A stretch of 49,048 nucleotides of DNA, taken from contig CAZFPM010000001.1 of NCBI GenBank assembly GCA_964520965.1, positions 1 to 49,048 of the forward strand, given 5' to 3'. A program made the translations under genes and the position numbers. How positions within the stretch are numbered: the first letter of the stretch is position 1; every line of letters starts with the position of its first letter. The notes beneath the pieces are model-generated. The model made no database searches, was not told the origin of the DNA, and saw only the letters and a list, made by a program, of their open reading frames with translations. This stretch comes from an uncultured Myxococcales bacterium. Lineage in GTDB: Bacteria > Myxococcota_A > Bradymonadia > REDH01. Below, one piece after another: positions 36,823 through 45,094 of the stretch.

Positions 36823-37410
36823 ATGTCACTCCGCGACGCGTTGCTGAAAGCCGGCAAGGTCAGCAAGAAGCAGGCTCGGCGTGCGGCGGCCGAGGAGCGC
36901 AAGAAGCGCAAGAAGAAGAAGGGGCACCGGCTCGAAGCAGACCGAAGCGACGCCGCGGCAGCGCGACATGCGGATCGCGTCGCGATCCGGGCTGACGAAA
37001 ATCGCCAGCGAGCGGAGGCCGATCGCCTGCGTCGCCTGGAGAGGGAGAAAGCGCTGCGGATCACGAACCTGATCCGGTCCTGGTCCCGTCCGGTGGATTC
37101 CGATCGCGGTCGTCCGTTCTACTTCGTCCGGTCGAGCGGAAGTATCGGCTCGGTGTTGGTCGACCGCCAGACCGCCTGGGCGCTCGAGTACGGCGGGCTC
37201 GGACTGATCGAGGCCCCCGGCCGGCCCGCGCGCGTGCACCTCGTCGCCGAAGAAGGAGTGCGCAAGCTGATGGCGCTCGACGTTTCCGGTCTCCGGTTCT
37301 ACGTCGGTCGCGACGCACCCGACGATCCCCTGATCGCGCCAGCTCTACGTCCGAGCGCCGCCGCCGCCGTCGGCGTCGACACCGTCTCTCGAGGAACGAC
37401 CGATGCGTAA
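36823..37410 (+). CDS. DUF2058 (YaiL-like) protein
   Basis: ATG at 36823 inside track ORF 36760... MSLRDALLKAGKVSKKQARR, then a Lys/Arg/Glu-rich coil and a C-terminal globular part, as in E. coli YaiL. Confidence 0.65.
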   Translation: MSLRDALLKAGKVSKKQARRAAAEERKKRKKKKGHRLEADRSDAAAARHADRVAIRADENRQRAEADRLRRLEREKALRITNLIRSWSRPVDSDRGRPFYFVRSSGSIGSVLVDRQTAWALEYGGLGLIEAPGRPARVHLVAEEGVRKLMALDVSGLRFYVGRDAPDDPLIAPALRPSAAAAVGVDTVSRGTTDA

Positions 37411-38017
37411 GCCACTACACGTCGAACAGGAAGACGCTCTCACCCAGATGCGGGACGTGCTCCACGGGGAGTTCATCACGCTTCGTGTCGCCAGTTACAC
37501 CCTCGTCGAGGACTTCGATGCCGGGTCCTGTCAGGTGCGTTGTCATGTCGTCGAAGGCGACGCCAACGGCGTCGAGATCGAAGCCGAGGGTGTCGGGATG
37601 ATCGCCGCGTTCTTCAATGCACTGAAGCAGCGCTACGCGCCGGAGTACCCATCCCTCGACTCGCTCCGCTTCACCTCGTTCTCGGTCAACGGATTGATGA
37701 CCGCTTCGGGGGTCGACACAACGAGCGGAGCAGACGCCGAGGCCGAGGCCCGGATCGGGGTGACCAACTCCTACGGACGCGAGTTCGTCTTCTCGGCCGT
37801 GACCGGATCGGTGAGTCGGTCTTCGGTCGAGGTGGTCAGCGCCGCCGTCGAGTACTTCGTCAACTCGGAGCGCGCCTACGTGACGATGTATCGCGCGTTG
37901 GAGCACTACCGTTCCGAGGGGCGCACCGACCTCGTCGCGAAGTACACGACGCGCCTTGCGGCGATGGTGCGCAACACGTCGTATTCGTCGGTGCTGGAGC
38001 GCATGAAGCTCACCTGA
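37403..38017 (+). CDS. Stand-alone LeuA-allosteric (LeuA_dimer-like) domain protein
   Basis: 8-nt overlap with the previous gene. EAEGVGMIAAFFNALKQ and GADAEAEARIGV..GREFVFSAVTGSVSRSSVEVVSAAVEYFVN resemble the isopropylmalate synthase regulatory domain. Confidence 0.55.
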   Translation: MRKPLHVEQEDALTQMRDVLHGEFITLRVASYTLVEDFDAGSCQVRCHVVEGDANGVEIEAEGVGMIAAFFNALKQRYAPEYPSLDSLRFTSFSVNGLMTASGVDTTSGADAEAEARIGVTNSYGREFVFSAVTGSVSRSSVEVVSAAVEYFVNSERAYVTMYRALEHYRSEGRTDLVAKYTTRLAAMVRNTSYSSVLERMKLT

Positions 38018-38075
38018 GCGGAGGGGCGCGCGCGATGACCTGCGCCGACAAGGCGGTGCAGGTCGCCATTGCCCC

Positions 38076-38104
38076 TTGACCGACGGGGGGTGATCGCTGA
38101 TATT
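38076..38104 (+). promoter_or_regulatory. Sigma-70-type promoter TTGACC-N17-GATATT
   Basis: -35 at 38076-38081 and -10 at 38099-38104 with an exact 17-nt spacer. Lies 52 nt upstream of the 38157 ATG. Confidence 0.4.
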
Positions 38105-38156
38105 CCCCCCCCGCTGCGCCCATGAGGGGCGCTCCCTACGCTCCCATGGTTGCGAA

Positions 38157-38477
38157 ATGGCAGGCAAGAAGCCCGTCTGGGTCGACGAGGACGCGCACGC
38201 GATCCTGAAGATCTACGCGAAACTCACCAAGTCCTCGATGGTCGACGTCGCGAGCAAGCTCGTGCTCCGGCGGCTCCCCGAGCTCAGTCCCGAGGCGGGG
38301 TTGGAAGCTCCGGCCGAACCCGCTGCGCCGGCCGTCGGCGCGAAGGCAGAGCCCGTCCATTCGAAGCCGGTCGCGGTCAATCCCCGCAAGCCGGCCAAGA
38401 AGCGTCGACCCGCCAAGGTCCAGCCGGACCCTAACGACACCAACGTCCGCTACCTGGGCGGCATCTGGCTCGTCTGA
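38157..38477 (+). CDS. Arc/MetJ-type ribbon-helix-helix protein with Pro/Lys-rich tail
   Basis: The N-terminal 40 aa (KKPVWVDEDAHAILKIYAKLTKSSMVDVASKLVL) are paralogous to the next gene and fit a strand-helix-helix RHH pattern. Confidence 0.55.
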   Translation: MAGKKPVWVDEDAHAILKIYAKLTKSSMVDVASKLVLRRLPELSPEAGLEAPAEPAAPAVGAKAEPVHSKPVAVNPRKPAKKRRPAKVQPDPNDTNVRYLGGIWLV

Positions 38478-38495
38478 GCACCGGAGAGGCATCCC

Positions 38496-38657
38496 ATGAG
38501 CAACGAAGGAAAGAAGCCAGTCTGGATCACGACCGAGGCCCACGATTTCCTCAAGGAGTACTGCGACAAGAACGGCCGCACCCAGGTCGATGTCGTCTCG
38601 GAGCTCCTCTACCGCTTCATCAAGCCGGTCGTCGACGCGTCCGATACCGGCAAGTAG
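38496..38657 (+). CDS. Arc-like ribbon-helix-helix mini-protein (53 aa), not in ORF track
   Basis: Own translation: MSNEGKKPVWITTEAHDFLKEYCDKNGRTQVDVVSELLYRFIKPVVDASDTGK. GGAGAGG RBS 6 nt upstream. Aligns to phage P22 Arc (..FNLRWPREVLDLVRKVAEENGRSVNSEIYQRVMESF). Confidence 0.6.
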   Translation: MSNEGKKPVWITTEAHDFLKEYCDKNGRTQVDVVSELLYRFIKPVVDASDTGK

Positions 38658-38736
38658 CCGTGTGCCGATTGCTCGCGTCGCGTCTCCTCGCGGTCGGGCA
38701 GTCCGCGTCACCGAACCCTCGCCCGGACGCCGTACG

Positions 38737-40056
38737 ATGACACTGAGCTTCGTCCCGCGCATCGGGACGGGACCGTTCACGCGCGCCCTCGTCCTCGAGA
38801 ACCCCGATCCGACGCTCGACACCCACCTCCGCAAGATCGGCATCGAGCCGTTCCGGCCGGAGGCGGTGCCCGGCGAAAGCGATCTGGTCCGCCTCCTCGA
38901 AGAGGTGCCGTACGACCTGATCTTCAAGCGCAGTCGCGTCCCGATCACGGCGCGCGTCCTCGACGCGGCCCCCAACCTGTCCGCCGTCATGCTCTGCTGC
39001 ATCGGGGACGACTCGGTCGACAAGCAGGCCTGCGCAGAACGGGGCGTCCTGGTCACCAACGATCCGGTCTCCAACGGTCGGTCGGTCGTCGAGCTCGTCG
39101 TCGGCGAGATGATCGGGATGAGCCGGCGGGTGTTCGAGGCCGTCGTCGAGACCGAGGAGAACCGATTCCTCAAGTCACAGAGCCGTCGCTACGAGATCCG
39201 GGGCAAGACCCTCGGCATCTTCGGCCTCGGTAATATCGGCAAGCAGGTCGCCCAGGTCGGCGAGTCGCTCGGCATGAAGATCGTCTTCCACGACAACCGG
39301 GAGGTCGCGCGGGAGGTCGGCGAGACGATGGGCTGGAGTTACGTGCCCTCGATCGAGGAGCTCTTCGCCGCGGCCGACGTCGTCACCTGCCATGTCTCCG
39401 CCTACGACTACCAGGGACGCAGCAACACCGGCGTGCTGCACTACGAGCACTTCAAGGCGCTGGGCGACAAGGAACACGAGAGTCCGCGGATCTTCATCAA
39501 CCTCGCGCGCGGGTCCATCCACTCTGCCGAGGACCTGATCCGGGCGGTCGAAGAGGGGATGATCGCCCACGCGATGGTGGACGTCTTTCCCGAGGAACCT
39601 CGCTCCGCCGCGGAGACCTGGGAGAACCCCTATCGGGGTCACCCGAGGATTCTCGGTACGCCGCACATCGGCGCGGCGACACTCGAGGCCCAACCGCGCA
39701 TCGCCGCGCATGTCGCGCGGACTACGAAGATGCTCAGCCGGCACGGACGTCTGCGCAACTGCGTCTTCGGCGGCAGGGAAGAGGTCGGGATCGACGCCAT
39801 CGATACCGTCAGCAACTTCCTGACTGTCGTGCACTCGACCGAGCGGGGTACCAAGAAGGCCGTCGACGACGCGATCTTCAACGCCGGTGCCTCGAACCTG
39901 ATGAGCGCGCACCGTGACTTCGACCGGTACGGCATCGCGTACGAGGTCATCGGCATCGACAAGCCGCTCACCGACGACGAGGTCGAGAGCCTCGTCGCCG
40001 AGGCCGTGCAGCTTACCGGGAATCCGCGGGCGGTCCGGGCGATCCGCCAGATGTAG
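38737..40056 (+). CDS. serA: D-3-phosphoglycerate dehydrogenase-like 2-hydroxyacid dehydrogenase with C-terminal ACT-like domain
   Basis: ATG at 38737 inside track ORF 38590... GKTLGIFGLGNIGKQVA NAD motif, a catalytic R..E..H region (NLARG...HIGAAT) and an about 80-aa regulatory tail. Confidence 0.75.
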   Translation: MTLSFVPRIGTGPFTRALVLENPDPTLDTHLRKIGIEPFRPEAVPGESDLVRLLEEVPYDLIFKRSRVPITARVLDAAPNLSAVMLCCIGDDSVDKQACAERGVLVTNDPVSNGRSVVELVVGEMIGMSRRVFEAVVETEENRFLKSQSRRYEIRGKTLGIFGLGNIGKQVAQVGESLGMKIVFHDNREVAREVGETMGWSYVPSIEELFAAADVVTCHVSAYDYQGRSNTGVLHYEHFKALGDKEHESPRIFINLARGSIHSAEDLIRAVEEGMIAHAMVDVFPEEPRSAAETWENPYRGHPRILGTPHIGAATLEAQPRIAAHVARTTKMLSRHGRLRNCVFGGREEVGIDAIDTVSNFLTVVHSTERGTKKAVDDAIFNAGASNLMSAHRDFDRYGIAYEVIGIDKPLTDDEVESLVAEAVQLTGNPRAVRAIRQM

Positions 40057-41779
40057 CCGTCGGTCGGCGGATCAACGCCCCGGGCGACCACGCGTCGGCG
40101 TGCTCCCAGCCACAGCTCTCCGCTCCGTCGACGAACCCGTCGACCTCGGCGTGGGTGGCGCCATCGGAGAAAAGGAAGAGCGCCCAGGTCGGATCGCAAT
40201 CCTCGACGTGTCCGTCGCCCGGATGACCCGGGTTCGGCGGGAGGCCCGCGCAGAGCGCCGCCAAGGGGTCGTCGAGCGTAACGCTACGGGCCTGGCAGCC
40301 CCGGGCGGAGAGGCTGACCGCGCCCTCGGGCCCCACCCGGTCGCGGAGATCCGGGTGATCCGAGGTCCGCACGACGATCACGACGCAGGGGTCCTCGGTC
40401 GGTGAGGCGAGACACACCTGGGCCGCTGTCTGCGGCAGCACCTCGAGCCGCAATTCGGCGAGACGCGTGGTGTGTGGCCGCAGGTCTGAGGCCTGCCGCA
40501 CGTGGTCCGCGTCGAACCAGATGGTGATGCCCGTCACGACCACGAGCACGACCGTCGTCCAGATCTTCGAGCGGGAGAGCACCAGCTGACGACCAGCCAG
40601 GTACCAGACTGGGACAACCAGGATCATCCCGTACTTGGTGAGCCAGGTCAGGAGATGCGTCGCACCCTCCTCGTGCACGGAGAGGATCACCCCGTATCCG
40701 ACCAACCAGGCCGCTGCGAGCCACTCCGCCGGGGCGGCGTCGCGTCGGACACCGGCCTGGACGACCCGCAGGAGGGCGACGACCGCCAGGCCGCACGTCG
40801 CGCCGGACTGAATCCACAACGTGTGGAGCATGTTCTCGACGCTCCGCCTCGCGAGCGAGGGGATCATCGTCCAGAAGGACCCCTCTCCCATCGCGTCATC
40901 TCCCAAGGCGATCCGGTCGAAACGCAGGGAGTCGCCGAGGAAGATCACGACCGACGGGAGCGTGACGACGATGCACGCGACAGCGACGAAGAAGCCTGCG
41001 CGGACCGCGTTTGCTGTCGGCGGGGGGGCGTCGAAACGCCGCCGCTGCCACCACCATTGGGCGCAGATGATCCCCGCGATGACGACCGTCACGAGCGGGG
41101 CGTCCGGTCGGCTCCAGGCGAGCAACGGGAGCCCGGCCGCGAGGCTCGTGAGCGCCCAGGGATCGCGCTTCTCCAGCCACTCCTGCTGCGACACGAGCGT
41201 CGTGCCGACGACGAGCGGGATGTACCCGAAATAGCGGGCCGAGGCGACTCCGAACACCAATTGTGGGCTGAACACGAGGAGCGCGCAGAGAACGAGGGAC
41301 ACGAGCGCCGCGAAGGCGCCCCGGCGCGGTTCGGCTCCGTCGTCCGGGGCAGCGGGGCTTGCCGGGGTCGCCATCTGGCAGGCCAGGGCCAACGCGACGA
41401 CCGGCAGCAGCAGGTTGAGGGCGCGGAAGAGCGAGATCGCCCGCAACTCCCGGGTCTCGGGGGGCCACGGCATGCCGATTCCCGCGAGCAGGTTGACGAG
41501 GCCGCTGCCCGCCAACCCCTTCCACGCACCCTCGTAATGGCCCGACCAGAGTGTCGAGATCACGAAGGTCGGGTCGATATACGACGGCAGCGGCACCCGA
41601 TACGCGAGCACGAACGTCGATACGGAACAGCCGATGAGGACCACCAGCGAGGTCGTCCGAAGAGCCGCCGCTGTCCGGTCGCGCATGATGACGCGCCCGG
41701 CGACGACCATCGCGGAGACCAGCCAGATCGGCCAGCAGACCCGGCAGAGGAGCTCGGCGATGCCCGCGATCACGGTCAA
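40013..41779 (-). CDS. Polytopic membrane protein with Cys-containing C-terminal periplasmic domain, unknown family
   Basis: Real part of track ORF 40013..42670. TTG 41779 (TTGA overlap with the upstream stop) or GTG 41773 precedes the first TM helix VIAGIAELLCRVCWPIWLV. About 12 TM helices. Confidence 0.6.
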   Translation of the reverse strand: MTVIAGIAELLCRVCWPIWLVSAMVVAGRVIMRDRTAAALRTTSLVVLIGCSVSTFVLAYRVPLPSYIDPTFVISTLWSGHYEGAWKGLAGSGLVNLLAGIGMPWPPETRELRAISLFRALNLLLPVVALALACQMATPASPAAPDDGAEPRRGAFAALVSLVLCALLVFSPQLVFGVASARYFGYIPLVVGTTLVSQQEWLEKRDPWALTSLAAGLPLLAWSRPDAPLVTVVIAGIICAQWWWQRRRFDAPPPTANAVRAGFFVAVACIVVTLPSVVIFLGDSLRFDRIALGDDAMGEGSFWTMIPSLARRSVENMLHTLWIQSGATCGLAVVALLRVVQAGVRRDAAPAEWLAAAWLVGYGVILSVHEEGATHLLTWLTKYGMILVVPVWYLAGRQLVLSRSKIWTTVVLVVVTGITIWFDADHVRQASDLRPHTTRLAELRLEVLPQTAAQVCLASPTEDPCVVIVVRTSDHPDLRDRVGPEGAVSLSARGCQARSVTLDDPLAALCAGLPPNPGHPGDGHVEDCDPTWALFLFSDGATHAEVDGFVDGAESCGWEHADAWSPGALIRRPTATSGGSPGPPADSR

Positions 41780-43599
41780 CGGCCCGCGCGGCTGAGTGCG
41801 AGCATCGTGGCGATGCGACCCAGCGTCGACCGTCCGAGCTCCGTGTCGAGCGTCACCTCGTTGTGGTCTCGGTCCCAGGTGCCGTCTCGGAGCGCCCCGA
41901 GCAGTCCCACGGCAGCCAGCTGCGCCGCGTTTGCGTCGATCATGTCGTCGACCCGTGCGCGGAAAGCCCGGGCATCCCGATCGGACTCGAACACGAGGCG
42001 GCCCCGGAAGCCCGGGTTGCGTCCGAGCGTCATCGTGGCGTGGAAGGTGTGCGGCGGCGGTGCGCTCCCCTGTCCTTCGAGCTCGAACGTGGTGAAGCCG
42101 TTGAACGTCCACGACACCGCCGGCCCGTCGTCCCCGGTGCCGCCGAAGTCCCCGATCTCCATCAGGCCCCGGATCCAGCCGTTCGTCCGGACCGGCGGTC
42201 TTCGGTCCGGGCGGCTCCCCCGGATGCGCACCTCGGCGCGCCGCGCGGCGAGGCGTCGCTCGTGCTCTTCTTCGGCGGCGGCGACGGCCGCGTCGTAGGC
42301 GTCCTGCCACGCTGTCCGCTCTCGATCCGAGGCTGCGCGTCGCTCGTCGACCCGCGCTTGGCAGCGTCGGCGACCGATCCCGCGACGGTCGGCGCAGGGC
42401 CGCCGCCCCGGGTCGTAGGCTTCGGGCTCCGGGCCGACTCCGGAGGCCGCGACGAGCTCCGCGACGGTCGGGACCGGTTCCACCTCGGTCGACGCATCGG
42501 TGATCGCGTCGGCGAGTCCCGACGGGTGCGGTGCGCCGTCCATGAGGGGGTCGAGGAATTCGGGGCGGCTGAAGATGAACATCCCGTCGGTCGGGATCAC
42601 GAAGACCCTCGGGTCCGCGGCGTTGGACCGTCCGGGCGTCCCGAAGATGCGGCCGCTGCGCTCCTCCCACTCCACGCCGCCTGGGTAGTTGCGCCCGATC
42701 TGGCGCAAGACGTGCTCGGCCTCCATGTGGTGCAGCACCGCCGTGAAGGTCCGGGCGACGTAGCGGAGGTCGGTCGAGGCGATCAACATCGCGTCGACAT
42801 CGTCGATGGGGTCGAGCTCGGTGCTGCGGAGGTCGCCCCAGTCGGGGAGGGTGCTGAAGATCGTCTCGACCGCCTCCCGGTGCACGCTGTCACGGACCCG
42901 GTCGTTGCGGATGATCAGGACCGACCGGGCTCCCTCCGGCCCCCACATGCCGATATCGGTCGCGACCGGATTGAGGGTTCCCTCGGGGTAGCGGACGGAC
43001 GGACGCTGGGCAGCGGGATCGGCGGGGGCGTCGGCCGAACCCTCCGACTCCGTCTCGCTCGGTCGTTCGATGCGCGGAGGGCGGTTGATCAGGGGCTGCA
43101 CGTTGAGGCGCGGTCGCTCGGCCTCCCGTTGGGTCACCTCGGCGACGGCGGCGATGGCCTCGGGGTCGAGCTGCCGGTCGATCAAGTCCCAATCGGTGAG
43201 CTCCTCTTCGGCGGGCTCTGGCTCGTCGCCCTCGTCGTCGTCAACCTCGGCGACCTCGGGGGGCGGGGGCTCCTCGACCGGCTCGACCTCGGGGGGCGGG
43301 GCTTCCGCCTCGAGCGCCTCCTCGGGCTGCTCGGGGGGCGGGGCGTACCCGATGCGGCCCATGAGCGCGACGCCCTGGGACGCATCGAAGGTGATCCGGT
43401 TGTTCGGCGTCACGGCTCCGACCACGAAGAAGAGCACCATCATGGCGGCGTGGAGCAGCGCCGAGGCGACCCAGGCCCGCACGAGGGTACGCTCCGGGGC
43501 GAGCGACGCCACGAGCCACTGACGGTCTTCGGCTTCGGGAGGGCCCGTCATGGGGTCTGGGAGAGGCGCGAACGAAAGGGACGTCGACATGGGTCGCAT
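41776..43599 (-). CDS. Membrane-anchored protein with TonB-like Pro/Glu-rich spacer and large unknown periplasmic domain
   Basis: ATG 43599 (or 43590) inside track ORF 41776..43917. TM helix ASALLHAAMMVLFFVVGAV, then PPPEQPEEALEAEAPPPEVEPVEEPPPPEV. No TonB C-terminal motif was recognised. Confidence 0.6.
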   Translation of the reverse strand: MRPMSTSLSFAPLPDPMTGPPEAEDRQWLVASLAPERTLVRAWVASALLHAAMMVLFFVVGAVTPNNRITFDASQGVALMGRIGYAPPPEQPEEALEAEAPPPEVEPVEEPPPPEVAEVDDDEGDEPEPAEEELTDWDLIDRQLDPEAIAAVAEVTQREAERPRLNVQPLINRPPRIERPSETESEGSADAPADPAAQRPSVRYPEGTLNPVATDIGMWGPEGARSVLIIRNDRVRDSVHREAVETIFSTLPDWGDLRSTELDPIDDVDAMLIASTDLRYVARTFTAVLHHMEAEHVLRQIGRNYPGGVEWEERSGRIFGTPGRSNAADPRVFVIPTDGMFIFSRPEFLDPLMDGAPHPSGLADAITDASTEVEPVPTVAELVAASGVGPEPEAYDPGRRPCADRRGIGRRRCQARVDERRAASDRERTAWQDAYDAAVAAAEEEHERRLAARRAEVRIRGSRPDRRPPVRTNGWIRGLMEIGDFGGTGDDGPAVSWTFNGFTTFELEGQGSAPPPHTFHATMTLGRNPGFRGRLVFESDRDARAFRARVDDMIDANAAQLAAVGLLGALRDGTWDRDHNEVTLDTELGRSTLGRIATMLALSRAGR

Positions 43600-43741
43600 G
43601 GCCCGGGTTCGGACGCAACCGACCCGAGCGCATTCAATCGCGGGCCGGCGTTTGGTAGGGTCCCGGACCGCCTCCAGGTTGCGCGCGTCAACCCATGACC
43701 AACGCGACGCGGGGAACGGATCTTCCGACAAGGAGCGGCTG

Positions 43742-45094
43742 ATGACCTTCAGAATCCCGGCAATCGCTGCGCTCGTAGCCCTCGCGACGCTGAGGGCCGT
43801 TCCGGCCTCGGCGCAGGTCGAGGTGCCCGAGCTCGCGTTCGAGATCGAGACCCGCACGCTCGACAACGGCCTGCGGGTCGTGCTGGCGCCCGACGACGCG
43901 TCGCCCACGGTCGGCATCGCGGTCTTCTATGACGTCGGCAGCCGCGACGAGGTCGTCGGACGGTCCGGCTTCGCCCACCTCTTCGAGCACATGATGTTCC
44001 AGGGCTCGGAGAACGTCGGCAAGGGCGAGCACTTTCAGTACGTGAACCGCAACGGCGGTCGCATGAACGGCACGACGAGCGAAGACCGCACGAACTACTT
44101 CGAGATCCTCCCCTCGGATCGGCTCGCCCTCGGACTCTGGCTCGAAGCCGACCGGATGCGCAGCCTCGACATCAGCGCCGCGAACTTCGACAACCAACGC
44201 GAGGTGGTGAAGGAGGAACGCCGCCTGCGGGTCGACAACCAGCCCTACGCACCGGCGTGGATCGCCTTCTTCGAGCTCGGCTACGACAACTGGGCCTACG
44301 GCCACAGCGTCATCGGATCGATGGAGGATCTCGATGCCGCCGAGCTCGCTGACGTCCAGGCGTTCTTCGACCTGTACTACGCACCGAACAACGCGGTTCT
44401 GAGCATCGCCGGTGACTTCGAGATCGACGCCGCGATGGAGCTCGTCGAGACGTACTTCGGGACGATCCCCGCCGGGGAGGCGCCCCCCGAGGTCGAGATC
44501 GTCGAGCCACAGCAGCAGGCGATGCAGGAGAACGAGATGCCCGACGAGCTCGCGGCCCAGCCGGCCTTGATGATGGGTTGGCACGTGCCGTCCATTCATC
44601 ACTCCGACCACGAGGCTGTGCGGGTCCTGAGCCAGGTCTTGAGCGCTGGCGAGTCGTCACGCCTCTACAGCCGCCTGGTGCGCGAGGAGCAGGTCGCGCT
44701 CGAAGTGCGGACCCACCTCGACCGCCGACGCGGGCCCGACTTCCTCTTCCTCTACACGATCACCCGGGGCGAGGATCCGGAGGTTGCGCGCGACCTCATC
44801 CTGGAGGAGGCGGCGAACCTCGTGTCCGGCGGCATCAGCCAGGAAGAGCTCGACACGGCGAAGGAGCAGCTCTTCCAAGACACCATCTCGCGTCTGGAAA
44901 CCAACCTCGGACGGGCCCTGGTCTTCGGACACGACGCGCTCTACTACGGCGACGCCGCGCGCATCAACGGCGAGCTCGACCGGATCGACGCGGTGACGCT
45001 CGCCGATGTCCACGCGGTCGCTGCTCGCTATCTCGTGGAGACCAACCTCGACGTTCTGCTCGTGCGGACCGTCGACGAGGAGGAGTCAGAATGA
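43742..45094 (+). CDS. M16 (pitrilysin) family zinc peptidase, catalytic subunit
   Basis: AAGGAG RBS. Signal peptide ending in PASAQ. Inverted zinc motif HLFEHMMFQG and NGTTSEDRTNY. Confidence 0.9.
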   Translation: MTFRIPAIAALVALATLRAVPASAQVEVPELAFEIETRTLDNGLRVVLAPDDASPTVGIAVFYDVGSRDEVVGRSGFAHLFEHMMFQGSENVGKGEHFQYVNRNGGRMNGTTSEDRTNYFEILPSDRLALGLWLEADRMRSLDISAANFDNQREVVKEERRLRVDNQPYAPAWIAFFELGYDNWAYGHSVIGSMEDLDAAELADVQAFFDLYYAPNNAVLSIAGDFEIDAAMELVETYFGTIPAGEAPPEVEIVEPQQQAMQENEMPDELAAQPALMMGWHVPSIHHSDHEAVRVLSQVLSAGESSRLYSRLVREEQVALEVRTHLDRRRGPDFLFLYTITRGEDPEVARDLILEEAANLVSGGISQEELDTAKEQLFQDTISRLETNLGRALVFGHDALYYGDAARINGELDRIDAVTLADVHAVAARYLVETNLDVLLVRTVDEEESE

